Positions 7,037 to 16,326 of a stretch of 32,000 bases of DNA are shown here, piece after piece. The stretch's first letter is position 1; the number at the start of each line of letters is the position of its first letter. A model generated the notes under the pieces. That model was given only the letters and a program-made list of their open reading frames with translations. It was not told the DNA's origin and made no database searches. Position numbers and translations under genes: made by a program. Location of the stretch: contig JAWAHN010000001.1 in assembly GCA_038889235.1 (NCBI GenBank), forward strand, positions 270,001 through 302,000, read 5' to 3'. The stretch comes from Candidatus Jordarchaeales archaeon. Its GTDB lineage: Archaea; Asgardarchaeota; Jordiarchaeia; Jordiarchaeales; Freyrarchaeaceae.

Positions 7037-9400
7037 CTATATCAGTCTAGCTTGCCTAACCGTCTTCTTTTTTAGGAGTGCTTCTTCTTTTACTCCGAAT
7101 TGTTCTAGAACCCTCATCGCTGCCGGTATCACCTGGTTTGTTATGTAGTATTCTGTGTCTACATGCTCTGGTTGAACGAGGCTGTAGGGGTATGCTCTCT
7201 CTGATATTTTCTCGCTTCCCTTGACTATTATGTAGCCTATTTTGCTTCCCGCCTCAAGCCTTCCTCCAGCTTTGATTAGTCTTAGTGCCGCTGTTATGTG
7301 GGGAGCCCTGACTTTGTACTCTTCAGGAGACTTGGTGAGGGTCTCCCAGATGACGAACTTTTCGAGGGGGACCTGTCCTGCGGTTACGGCTTCTATAACA
7401 CCCCTCACGTAGTTCACGGCTTCGTCGACGTTCTCGCTCCTGAGTACGATGTCTATGACCTTCTCTTGCACCTCCCTCGCTATCTCCGGCCAGTCTCCTC
7501 TCACCACTTCGAACCCTACGATGTCCAGTGTACCGTCGCTGAGTAGTCCGGCGTAGCGCTTCTTAGCCCCGGAGAAGAAGACTTTCGCGTAGATCTTGTC
7601 AGGCTTCATTTCAAGTCCTAGTACTGATTCGACTTCGCGACTGAACGCTTCAACTTTCTCCGGAATATTGTTTATGAACACGCTGTCGGTGTCGGCGTAG
7701 AGTACTGTTAACCCGTGCTTTTTGGCCAGCTCGATGGCCCTCTTTATGGTCTCCCTGCCCCACGCCGCTGTTGCTTCAGCCACCTCTCGCAGGTACCACT
7801 TCGCCCCGGTCCAGCCGCAGTAACCGTAAACGGCATTGGTCATCGTCTTCACAGCCCTTTGCCTCTCGTCGAGGAGTAGGTAGTCTGGGCTATCCGGGGG
7901 CAGTTTCTTCATCCGCTCCCTTATCTCCTTTCTCACCTTGAGGAGTTTTTCCAGAACCCTCTTGTAGAATCCGGGTGGATCTCTCCTGAACTTGTGGTTG
8001 ACCTCGGGCGCAACGTGGACTTCTTCTTCCGCCACTTTCTCATCTGGCGGGACATAGGTGTCTGGTGAAACATTGAACTTTATCATTATGTTGGGGTACA
8101 TTGACGCGAAGTCTAGGACGGCGACATCTCTGTATATGCCAGGCTTTGGTTCTAGGACGTAGCCTCCAACGTACGGCTGCCTGGCGCGCTCGCCTCTGGA
8201 CGGGACAAGTTCGCCCGAGGCGTGGGCTTCTCTCATCAACATGTTCTCAACTCTGAAGCCCACGCCGGCCCTCATTACCTGGTCTAGTGGCATCCCCGCA
8301 ACCTGGGACATTGAGATCGCTGCTGGGAGGAGCTTCTCTGCAATTCCACGTATGAGCTCTACGTCGTGGCGTGATGCTTCTAGGATCTTGCCCTTCAGTG
8401 ATGGGTCGTCCCAGTAGCGTGGGATCCGTGTGAAGTCGACGCTCACTCTTGGTGTTTTGGCTTCAACTTTGAGGTAGTCTGCTATGTTTCTCAATGTTTT
8501 CAGCTTCACTTCTGGCAGTATGGTGGCAACGTCGTAGAGGTCGACGTGCGCCCTTCCTACGATCGACACGTGTCCGTAGACGCTGACGTGAGGCTCTGAG
8601 CCATCTCTGTTTATCGTGAGCTTGACTCCGAGGTGTTTTGCTCTGCTGACGAGATATTGGAGGTCGAAGAAGTTAGAGTAGAAACCCACGATGACGTCAG
8701 GGTCGTAGTCTGAGACGTAGGAGACGAAGGATTTTATGGCTTCTTTGTCATCGTGTCCGTCGGCTTCGAACTGTCGGATCGCCCCATCACCTGTAACTGT
8801 CGATATCAGTATTACTGGGTCTGCTTCGGGGTTCATTGAGCCCGTGGGACTGTAAACGTCTATCTTGAAGCCGAGCATTTTGAGGCGTGGCGGGCGTTCT
8901 ACGACAGATGGCTTAGGGTGTTCTTCGGCAACGTAGGTCTTGTAGCGGTCCCCGCCTTCGGGGCGAACTTCAACTGTGTGCCAGCAGCATGGTGTGACTC
9001 CTACATAGTTGAGGTACTTCGTGTAAAACCTTATGTCCGCCTCAAAGCACCCCTCAACACCTGGGATCCTTTCAAACTTTTTGGCGTACTGGGAGGAGTA
9101 GTCTGGGTCCTCGAACGACACCATGAGGCACTTCACCGGCTTTCCCAGCAAGCGCCGCTCCACGACTTCAATCCCCGTTATCGGGGACGCGTCAGTAGAT
9201 GATGCTTTAACAGCCTTGATAAGGGATTCAAGTGGTGTGTCTGGCTTGGGAACTAGGTAGAGGTGGGGGGTGAACGTGTCGAAAACCAAAACTCGCTCGC
9301 CTTTGTCGTTAACTCCCCATAAAAGGACGCGTGGGTTCCTACCAGTCTTCTGTCCAACGTCGAGTATCCAAAACGAGAGTTTCAAGCGTAAACCCTCCAA
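7037..9400 (-). CDS. polB: Family B DNA polymerase (archaeal PolB3-like); polymerase motifs intact, exonuclease motifs degenerate
   Basis: DFASMYPNI, KTMTNAVYGY, YADTDS, KKRYAG, GFEVVRGDW. The N-terminus SFWILD..LLWG..FTPHLY is typical of PolB3. The C-terminal QARLI is a partial PIP-box. Confidence 0.95.
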   Translation of the reverse strand: MEGLRLKLSFWILDVGQKTGRNPRVLLWGVNDKGERVLVFDTFTPHLYLVPKPDTPLESLIKAVKASSTDASPITGIEVVERRLLGKPVKCLMVSFEDPDYSSQYAKKFERIPGVEGCFEADIRFYTKYLNYVGVTPCCWHTVEVRPEGGDRYKTYVAEEHPKPSVVERPPRLKMLGFKIDVYSPTGSMNPEADPVILISTVTGDGAIRQFEADGHDDKEAIKSFVSYVSDYDPDVIVGFYSNFFDLQYLVSRAKHLGVKLTINRDGSEPHVSVYGHVSIVGRAHVDLYDVATILPEVKLKTLRNIADYLKVEAKTPRVSVDFTRIPRYWDDPSLKGKILEASRHDVELIRGIAEKLLPAAISMSQVAGMPLDQVMRAGVGFRVENMLMREAHASGELVPSRGERARQPYVGGYVLEPKPGIYRDVAVLDFASMYPNIMIKFNVSPDTYVPPDEKVAEEEVHVAPEVNHKFRRDPPGFYKRVLEKLLKVRKEIRERMKKLPPDSPDYLLLDERQRAVKTMTNAVYGYCGWTGAKWYLREVAEATAAWGRETIKRAIELAKKHGLTVLYADTDSVFINNIPEKVEAFSREVESVLGLEMKPDKIYAKVFFSGAKKRYAGLLSDGTLDIVGFEVVRGDWPEIAREVQEKVIDIVLRSENVDEAVNYVRGVIEAVTAGQVPLEKFVIWETLTKSPEEYKVRAPHITAALRLIKAGGRLEAGSKIGYIIVKGSEKISERAYPYSLVQPEHVDTEYYITNQVIPAAMRVLEQFGVKEEALLKKKTVRQARLI

Positions 9401-9490
9401 TCCTCTCCAAGAAAAGAAGTGGAACTGGGCTAGAAATAAATGTTGACGTTGAAACCCCCCGGGGCAGCAGTGTTCATGCCGAAGAGGGGT

Positions 9491-10915
9491 TCAGCGTTGC
9501 CTTCTCAGCTTCTCTCTAACTTGCGTGTAGTGGTATAGTAGGGCAAGTGCTTTGACAGCTTCTTCTATCGTGAAGAAGAATGGAACTTCTGCCTCTTCTA
9601 AGGTTTGGTAGAGGTTTATGATGTCTTCAATCCTCGGGCCGTAAGCCCAGACAGCTATAGGCTTACCTGTTTCTCGAAGGTGTGACAGTTCCCTGGCTAT
9701 TTCCTTATGGGGGAGCCAGCGGGTTGCGTAGAGCGTTATTAGTGCGGCGTCAACGTTCTCGTCGTTGAGCACTATCTCCCAAGACCTCGTGTAGAGTTCT
9801 ATAGGGTTATCGTAGACTGGGAAGGCCGGCCCTATGTCGACGGGGTGAGATGCCATTGAGGGGTGTATTGATGCGAGCTTTTCAGTGGATTCGCGTGAAA
9901 GCCTCGCCAGCTTTAGCCCCATGCGGGAGGCTGCATCTATCGCCATGACGCCTCCTCCCCCCGTTATGGTTACTATTCCGAGGCGGTTTCCACGTGGAAG
10001 GGGCTGGTAGGCGAAAATCTTCGGGATGCTTAGCAGCTCCTGAAATGTGTCTACAGGGAGCACACCCGCCTGTCTCATTGCTGACTCGTAGACAGCGTAG
10101 TTTCCCATCAACGCCCCTGTATGCGACTGCATGGCTTTAGCGCTCTCCTCTGTTCTCCCAGGCTTGAGAACTATGACAGGCTTCTCCGCCGCTACTTTTC
10201 TAGCCACTTGAATGAAGCGACGGCCGTCTTTCACATCTTCGAGGTGCATGGCTATTACCTTTGTGTTTGGGTCTCCCCCGAGGTACTCTAAGAGGTCGGA
10301 TTCGTCGACGTCGCACTTGTTGCCGAGGTCGCACACCTTGCTTAGGGGGAGGCGCATGTCACAGAAGCTCATTGCCTGAGGCCCGATTATGCCTGTTTGA
10401 GCCACGAGAGCCACGGAGCCACGTCTAACTGAGTCGTAGTCGATGAAGTAAGGGTTTGTGACGACGCCGGTCCAAGCGTCCAGGACACCTATAGTGTTGG
10501 GGCCGAGAACCCGAATACCCCACTTTCTCGCCGCATCGACCAGTTTCTTTTGTAGTAGCGCCCCCTCAGCTCCTCTCTCGGCGAAGCCGTCAGCCACCAC
10601 CACTGCTGCCCTAATTCCTTTTTCCCCGCAGTCTCCTATCACCGCTGGAGCTGCCTCTGCAGACGTTATTACGACTGCCAGGTCGACTTCGCCCGGAACA
10701 TTTTTGACATTCGGGTATACTTCAAGCCCGTCTATGGTCTTGTACTTTGGGTTGACAAGGTATATCTGTCCTTTGAAGCCGAAGCGTCTCATGTTGAAGG
10801 CTACGATGCGGGCTCCGAAGAAGGGTGAGCCCATGGAGCCTATGATAGCCACGCTGTTGGGGTTAAAGAATGGGTCTAAGGGCAACTTGTTGTTTGAAAC
10901 CACTACACCTCCCAC
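9491..10915 (-). CDS. acdA: ADP-forming acyl-CoA synthetase alpha subunit (CoA-binding plus succinyl-CoA-ligase-like domains)
   Basis: FNPNSVAIIG, GIRVLGPNTIG, QTG, LGNKCDVDESD, SHTGAL (phospho-His motif), TITGGGGV. The true start may be a few codons downstream (GTG after GGAGG). Confidence 0.85.
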   Translation of the reverse strand: MGGVVVSNNKLPLDPFFNPNSVAIIGSMGSPFFGARIVAFNMRRFGFKGQIYLVNPKYKTIDGLEVYPNVKNVPGEVDLAVVITSAEAAPAVIGDCGEKGIRAAVVVADGFAERGAEGALLQKKLVDAARKWGIRVLGPNTIGVLDAWTGVVTNPYFIDYDSVRRGSVALVAQTGIIGPQAMSFCDMRLPLSKVCDLGNKCDVDESDLLEYLGGDPNTKVIAMHLEDVKDGRRFIQVARKVAAEKPVIVLKPGRTEESAKAMQSHTGALMGNYAVYESAMRQAGVLPVDTFQELLSIPKIFAYQPLPRGNRLGIVTITGGGGVMAIDAASRMGLKLARLSRESTEKLASIHPSMASHPVDIGPAFPVYDNPIELYTRSWEIVLNDENVDAALITLYATRWLPHKEIARELSHLRETGKPIAVWAYGPRIEDIINLYQTLEEAEVPFFFTIEEAVKALALLYHYTQVREKLRRQR

Positions 10916-11055
10916 CTTTAAGGGCTGTGAGAGTTCTGGAGAGACACCGTCTTAAGTGTAATGGTAGGTTCCTCGTAAAGGAGAGTCGGGAAGCGTTTCC
11001 TATGGGAGAGTTCAGCACGGTTGCTCGTCTGGGCTAAGGGATTACTGTGTCTGTT

Positions 11056-12093
11056 TCACTCTTTTCTTGCGACGACTATAGATGAAATGTAGACTTTGCC
11101 TTGTTTGAAGCCAGCGTTTTTTAGGAGTGTAAGTATCTCTTTTTTAGAGTACGACTTGTTTGCCCCGAAAAGCCGGGTTGTTATGTCTATGGGGCTCTTT
11201 TCCCTCTTCCTTATCGATGTGACAAGTATAAGGGTTCCATTCTTTTTTAGGACTCTCGCAAACTCGTTCATCGTCTCCTGAGGCTTGTGGCTCCACTGAA
11301 ACTGGTCGAAGCTTAAGACTACGTCGACGCTCTCGTCAGGGATTGGCCACTTGGAGTTCAGTAAGGGGTCTAGGAGGACGAATTTGACGTTGCTTAGCTC
11401 CCCGAGCCTTTTAACTGCGGAGCCCGGGGGCTTAACCGTCATGTGAGCGCACTCGTCCAGGGTGTTAGGGTAGAAGTCTGCGCATATCACTTGGCAGTCG
11501 AAGTTCAGGTAGTCGAGTAATGTAGCTGTCCCTGTCCCGAAACCGCAGCCAACATCAAGTATCACTTTCCCCTTAAGTTTCTTTCCGCCCCCAAACTCTA
11601 GGGCAAGGCGGCGCGCGAAGTCGAAGAGAAAGTGTTGTCTCTGAAAGTATAATACCATTGCGACTTCCGGTGAGACGAACTCAACCCTAGCCCCTTTAAG
11701 GGTGTCGAGCGCGACCCTGTAGAGAAAGTTTTCAATTCCTTTCAGTAGGGTTTCGAAGGAACGTATAGCGGGGTGCTTCTTCCTCGTAGCAAGGAGTTTT
11801 TCAACCTTCCGCCAGTTGACCCTAAACTTGCCGCCTTCTTCTATGAGGACGCCTGCCTTCCTTAGAGCTGAGAAGATGTCTTCTAACAGGTCAGGTCTTT
11901 TAACTTCACCAAGGAAGCTTGAAACCTCGCCTATGCTGCGTGGTTCACTCATGAATTTCAAGACGCCCAACCTGTCAAAGCAGATCACTAGCTTCAGAAC
12001 GGCGAGGGTGTCGAGGGACCAACTCGCGGGCAAAACATGCCGCATGTAACGTATGTTTTTCAGGAATACGTGTAGCAGTTTGAATACGGACAA
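11056..12093 (-). CDS. Class I SAM-dependent methyltransferase with N-terminal winged-helix-like domain
   Basis: Motif I VILDVGCGFGTG, acidic post-I motif (ICADF), DESVDVVLS, EFARVLKKNG. TTG start with GAGGGGG SD. Confidence 0.85.
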   Translation of the reverse strand: MSVFKLLHVFLKNIRYMRHVLPASWSLDTLAVLKLVICFDRLGVLKFMSEPRSIGEVSSFLGEVKRPDLLEDIFSALRKAGVLIEEGGKFRVNWRKVEKLLATRKKHPAIRSFETLLKGIENFLYRVALDTLKGARVEFVSPEVAMVLYFQRQHFLFDFARRLALEFGGGKKLKGKVILDVGCGFGTGTATLLDYLNFDCQVICADFYPNTLDECAHMTVKPPGSAVKRLGELSNVKFVLLDPLLNSKWPIPDESVDVVLSFDQFQWSHKPQETMNEFARVLKKNGTLILVTSIRKREKSPIDITTRLFGANKSYSKKEILTLLKNAGFKQGKVYISSIVVARKE

Positions 12094-12127
12094 TTATCCC
12101 CCTCACCCAAAAGCTATTTTTAGAAGG

Positions 12128-12139
12128 CGCTTGCAAGCG
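12128..12139. promoter_or_regulatory. Perfect 12-bp palindrome, candidate operator
   Basis: CGCTTGCAAGCG lies 35-46 bp upstream of the methyltransferase start, between an AT-rich TATA-like stretch and the gene. Confidence 0.35.
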
Positions 12140-12402
12140 TTGCCAAATTTATTTATCAGTTAGCGGTTATTTAACTATTAACTTTTCCGATTGAAAGGCA
12201 TTGAATTTCCCGGGAGTTTCACGAGCCAGCGTTGGAAGGCTTGTGGAATTCCAGAGAGAACATAGTTCAGATAAGAGGGGGGATTTAGGAGCCTTGTGTT
12301 GCGAGGTAAGAGGGGTGTGTCTGATGTTGGTGATGCTAGTTTAGTTTGTTGATAAAGCTTATAGAGGTGGCGTCACGTCTCTTTCTGCTGGAGGAGGTAA
12401 GA

Positions 12403-12933
12403 ATGAAGAAATCGGATGAGAACGTGGTTCCCATACACGCTCACACATACTTTAGTGTTTCAGAGTCTGGGGAGTTCTTCCAGTACTTAATTTACGATTA
12501 CTATGACCCGGACTGCTACTACGCCTCTCTGGAAGGTGACCCAGACGAGTATGCCAGGGAAATGGGGAGGTTGTGGGACAACATGCAGAGTTTCTTAGAC
12601 GAGGAGAGGAACGAGGTTAACGGAGAGCCCGTTCACCCTGAAGTGGTGTTCATAGACTTGGGTTTTAGGGGGAGGGATGAGCTGCCGTTTATAACGTGGG
12701 TCATCACTTTCAGGGGGAACCTTATTCCGGGAATTAACACTTACACAGCCTGGAGCGAGGAGGAGGAGCTCGAGTACGACTGCGAAGCTGTATGGGTTTT
12801 CCCAGAGGGAACAGAGATAATTGATGTTCGAACTTTGATGGAGTACGAAATACATGCCAACATACTTTCGTTGTGGGCAAGGGAAAGAGATATAATAGGA
12901 GGGTACGAGGAGATAGTTTTCAGAATCCCGTGA
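12403..12933 (+). CDS. Acidic hypothetical protein
   Basis: Lies within ORF 12346..12933. The in-frame ATG at 12403 follows GGAGGAGG. The product is D/E/Y-rich and beta-rich, with no family I can name. Confidence 0.75.
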   Translation: MKKSDENVVPIHAHTYFSVSESGEFFQYLIYDYYDPDCYYASLEGDPDEYAREMGRLWDNMQSFLDEERNEVNGEPVHPEVVFIDLGFRGRDELPFITWVITFRGNLIPGINTYTAWSEEEELEYDCEAVWVFPEGTEIIDVRTLMEYEIHANILSLWARERDIIGGYEEIVFRIP

Positions 12934-12957
12934 TGTCTATATGGAGGATTGGGGAGA

Positions 12958-12985
12958 GAAATATACGATTCGAAATATACGATTC
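12958..12985. repeat. Perfect tandem 14-bp direct repeat
   Basis: GAAATATACGATTC at 12958-12971 and 12972-12985, 43 bp upstream of the ATG at 13029. Confidence 0.9.
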
Positions 12986-13028
12986 ATGGTGATTTTTCCT
13001 TATGGTTTATTGAGAGGAGGGTGGTCTT

Positions 13029-13784
13029 ATGAGTAAGGGTGGGAAAGGACCGAACATCACCGCCCGGATTTACGGTATCCTAGTGGGTTCAGGTTTAATA
13101 GCATTCCCAATAGTCCTCGCTTTTTGCTACGCTGTTCACACCTTTTTCCCCGGTCTGCCCATTTACGTCTGGGCCGCTCTGACGCCACTGATATATGTGG
13201 TTGCTAAGTGGGTGTTCAACTTCGCTGCTCTAGGTTTAATTAGGGCTTCCCTTAGACCAGTTGAGGAAGGGTACTACGAGATGGACCCGTCGAATCCAAA
13301 CGTTGGGAACTGGATGCTCAACGCGTCGCTGACATCGCTGGGACGCTACTTGGTAGGCTTCCTCCCCCTCGGTCAACCCGGGCTCGCAAGCCATGTTCTC
13401 AAGATAATCGGGGCTAAGATGGGGCGTAATGCAATAGCCTCGTCGATCATAGACCCGCCGCTCGTGGAGATGGGTGAGGGGTCTGTTGCAGGCGGCGGCT
13501 CAATAATTTCGGGGCACGCCCTCGATGGCAAGAAGATCTACGTTGGAAGGGTGAAGATAGGGAAAAATGTGCTAATAGGCGGGAACACCATAGTTCTTCC
13601 TGGCGTTGAGATAGGGGATGGAGCTGTCATTGCAGCAATGTCACTTATTCCGAAAAGAACGAAGATACCGCCGAGGACTGTTTGGATGGGGATACCGGCG
13701 AGGCAGGTGGGTTATGTGGACGACGAAGGAAACATAGTGATAGAACGAAAAGAGGGAGAAGGTAGCGTTAGCGGACACCTCTAG
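13029..13784 (+). CDS. Membrane-anchored hexapeptide-repeat (left-handed beta-helix) acyltransferase-like protein
   Basis: Two N-terminal hydrophobic segments, then GAKMGRN, VKIGKNVLIGGNTIVLPGVEIGDGAVIAAMS and WMGIPA. Confidence 0.8.
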   Translation: MSKGGKGPNITARIYGILVGSGLIAFPIVLAFCYAVHTFFPGLPIYVWAALTPLIYVVAKWVFNFAALGLIRASLRPVEEGYYEMDPSNPNVGNWMLNASLTSLGRYLVGFLPLGQPGLASHVLKIIGAKMGRNAIASSIIDPPLVEMGEGSVAGGGSIISGHALDGKKIYVGRVKIGKNVLIGGNTIVLPGVEIGDGAVIAAMSLIPKRTKIPPRTVWMGIPARQVGYVDDEGNIVIERKEGEGSVSGHL

Positions 13785-13895
13785 ATAAGAAATACTTGGT
13801 AAAATAGGGTTCTTTTTATTTAAAACGTTCTCTCGTCCTCAAGTGGTAAGATTGCTTTATATTTTCCGACAACTTATAATTTTCTGGTGGCATAA

Positions 13896-14135
13896 ATGTT
13901 AGAAGAAATGGTGAGAGTTGGGAAGAAGAACGTCATAGTTATACCTTCCAACATTAGGAAGAAAGTTGGGATTCAGGAGGGGGATCTACTTAGGATTCGT
14001 GTTGAAGGCGAAAAGATACTGCTTGAAAAACTCTCAGCGGGGGCTTTCAGTGTCCTCGCCGAGGTTATCGGTGAGCCGTATGAGGAGGAAGTGGATGAAA
14101 AGAGGGCGGAAGAATGGTTGAAAAAGGGGCGATGA
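13896..14135 (+). CDS. vapB: AbrB/MazE/SpoVT-family antitoxin
   Basis: VRVGKKNVIVIPSNIRKKVGIQEGDLL is the AbrB-fold signature. Its stop lies 1 bp before a PIN-domain gene. Confidence 0.85.
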   Translation: MLEEMVRVGKKNVIVIPSNIRKKVGIQEGDLLRIRVEGEKILLEKLSAGAFSVLAEVIGEPYEEEVDEKRAEEWLKKGR

Positions 14136-14136
14136 A

Positions 14137-14541
14137 ATGCCCGTAGCTGACACCGAGTTTCTTTTCGCCCTAAATCCTAGGGATAAAAAGCATGAGAAAG
14201 CTTTGAAAACACTGTCCATAAAGGATCTAAAGGTTCCAGACACGGCGCTCTTAGAGTTTCAGGCTGTTTTGAGAGCTAGGGGTAGAACAGCTGCAGATGT
14301 GGCGAAGGCTATGGTTGCACTTAAGCAGATATTTGGTAGAAAGATTAAGGAGGCCTCAACGATAAGTACAAGTTTGCTCATTGTGCAAGCCGAGATCGAG
14401 GAGAAATACGGGTTAAGCTACTTTGACAGCTTGATAGCTGCTTCTGCTCTAACTCTCGATGGCGTGATAGTATCAGATGACGAAGCATTTGACAAGGTCG
14501 AGGGGCTAAAAAGGGTGCCACTTGGTGGAGGCGAAATTTAA
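14137..14541 (+). CDS. vapC: PIN-domain toxin
   Basis: VADTEFL (N-terminal acidic motif), ALLEF, YGLSYFDSLIAASA, IVSDDEAFD. Coupled to the AbrB-type gene. Confidence 0.9.
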   Translation: MPVADTEFLFALNPRDKKHEKALKTLSIKDLKVPDTALLEFQAVLRARGRTAADVAKAMVALKQIFGRKIKEASTISTSLLIVQAEIEEKYGLSYFDSLIAASALTLDGVIVSDDEAFDKVEGLKRVPLGGGEI

Positions 14542-14592
14542 AAAGGGATTTAGTTGCCCACCGTAGCCGCGGTCTCTTTGCTACAAGCATCT

Positions 14593-15285
14593 TCACTCTT
14601 TTTCACCTAGTATTTTGAATATCTCTGTTAGCGTTGAAATTTCGTAGTCTGGGATTTCTTCCGACGTTCTTGGGGTCTCCGAACGGTGTACCCCTCTCTT
14701 CACGCGGACTGTCATCAGTCCGGCAGCTTTCGCTTGCGCTATCTCCTCCGAGAGGGAGCAGCCCACGAACATGGCGTCTTTGGGGGAGACGTTTAGCGTC
14801 TTAAAAGCTTCTTCGAAAACACGTGACTCAAGCTTTTCGCAACCAACTTCCCTAGCTATGACCACTTGGTGGAATATGTGCTGCAGCCCTAGGCGTATGA
14901 GCTTTTCCCACTGCTTGACCGGGTTTCCGGCTGATACGACACCTATTTTATAGCCCCGCTCCCTCAGCTTTATAAGGGTTGGAACCGTCTCCGGGTGAGG
15001 TTTCAGGTAGGCGAACTTAGTGTCATGGTAGGCGGCAACCGCCGCGGCTATGATCCTGGCGTTAACCTTTAATCCGAGACGCTCAAGGGTCCTATCAAAG
15101 TGCCTGTCATAGTCCTCTCCGTACTCAGCTACGACAACCTTTAAAGTGTTAAACGTAGTTTCAGGATCCACGGGAAGTCCCGCCTCTATCATCGCTCTCA
15201 CAGCGTTCATCCTTGCAAGGTACTTCTGAAGGGACGCATCGTAAAGCGTGTCATCTATGCCAAACAAAATACATTTAACAATCAT
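14593..15285 (-). CDS. HAD-superfamily (subfamily IA, TIGR02253-like) protein lacking catalytic aspartates
   Basis: The HAD-IA layout is clear (FGIDDTLYD, VVSAG, KLIRLGL..IF..V, EK..SRVF, MFVG). Motif I reads FGIDDT rather than FDLDDT, and motif IV reads VGCSLSEEI rather than VGDxxxxDI. Confidence 0.85.
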   Translation of the reverse strand: MIVKCILFGIDDTLYDASLQKYLARMNAVRAMIEAGLPVDPETTFNTLKVVVAEYGEDYDRHFDRTLERLGLKVNARIIAAAVAAYHDTKFAYLKPHPETVPTLIKLRERGYKIGVVSAGNPVKQWEKLIRLGLQHIFHQVVIAREVGCEKLESRVFEEAFKTLNVSPKDAMFVGCSLSEEIAQAKAAGLMTVRVKRGVHRSETPRTSEEIPDYEISTLTEIFKILGEKE

Positions 15286-15291
15286 GAATAT

Positions 15292-16311
15292 TCACCCGCC
15301 TAGATCGGCCTTCTTCAATTTTGAAATGTAGCAAGAGAAAAACTGCAAGGGTATGATGAAAAGCACAGGGGAGAGGAGGGGGTCGTTGGCTGGGACGAGT
15401 AACTGGTTGTCGAAGCCACTTTCCCAATCGGCTACCACGATTACCTTGGAGCCGAGCTTCTCAAAACGGCTGGCTGCCTCTATGTAGACTTCAGCTTGCT
15501 TTCTAGGTGGAAGAAGCATTATCACTGCTGTCTTCTCGTCGACAGGTTGAACTGGCTCGTGTAGAAAGGCGCTTGCGGAGAGGCCCTCAGCCGGCAAATT
15601 TGCAACTTCTTCAAGTTTTAGGGCCGCTTCAAGAGCCGTGGCATAGTTTGCCCCCGACCCCAGGATTAGGAAAAGCTCGGCTTCACGGCACTCCTCAGCA
15701 ACGCTTTTAGCCTGCTCCTGCGAGAGAGCGACAGTTTTTCTCACACTTTCCGGCAGATCATAGAGAAGTGGCTTGAACGCCGCCGCCTCCTTGCACCCTT
15801 TAACCTCGCCTAGAAACGCTGCAAGTAAGTATAGTGCCGCAAGCTGGGAGACATAGCTTTTCGTCGCCACACCAGACTTCTCGTCCCCAGCCCTAGTGAG
15901 TATGAAGAAGTGAGATAGACGGGCAAGGCTGCTCTCGCCATTATTCGTGAGAGCCAGCACTGTGGCGCCGCGACTTTTGGCATATTTTGCCGCGTTCAAA
16001 GTGTCCAGTGTTTCCCCCGAGCGGGAAACCGCTACAACCATCGTACCTGCGCCTTTCATGGAAGTCCAGTGAGTGAACTCCGACGCGGGTATTGATGAGG
16101 AAAGAGTGGACGAAAGACGACTTAGAGCGTACTGCCCCACAATAGACGCGTGATAGCTGGTTCCACTCCCGGTAAGGTAGACGAAACCAGGGGGAGCTAA
16201 GCGTGGAGCGATCTCTCCTAAGAAATTGGACACTGCGTCTATGGTCAACTTAACCGCAACATCTTCTTCTAGTATATCTCTTAGAGCCAGAAACGCCCTG
16301 CGGCCTGGCAA
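15292..16311 (-). CDS. Double-SIS-domain sugar-phosphate isomerase/deaminase-like protein (GlmS C-terminal-like, no glutaminase domain)
   Basis: GSGTSYHAS, VSRSGETLDT, ATKSY, LGSGANYATALEAALKLEE, FLHEP. It ends at KKADLGG without the RNLAKSVT tail. Confidence 0.8.
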   Translation of the reverse strand: MPGRRAFLALRDILEEDVAVKLTIDAVSNFLGEIAPRLAPPGFVYLTGSGTSYHASIVGQYALSRLSSTLSSSIPASEFTHWTSMKGAGTMVVAVSRSGETLDTLNAAKYAKSRGATVLALTNNGESSLARLSHFFILTRAGDEKSGVATKSYVSQLAALYLLAAFLGEVKGCKEAAAFKPLLYDLPESVRKTVALSQEQAKSVAEECREAELFLILGSGANYATALEAALKLEEVANLPAEGLSASAFLHEPVQPVDEKTAVIMLLPPRKQAEVYIEAASRFEKLGSKVIVVADWESGFDNQLLVPANDPLLSPVLFIIPLQFFSCYISKLKKADLGG

Positions 16312-16326
16312 GTTAGCAACTCCAAG

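Noticed and set aside
10929-11013. Four GAGAG(T/A)(T/C) pentamer-hexamer copies upstream of acdA
   Set aside because: Short and irregularly spaced; expected by chance in purine-rich sequence. Not a CRISPR array or a convincing operator.
13896-14541. vapBC as a marker of a mobile element or defence island
   Set aside because: No integrase, transposase, terminal repeats or tRNA att site nearby; solitary vapBC pairs are common in thermophilic archaea.
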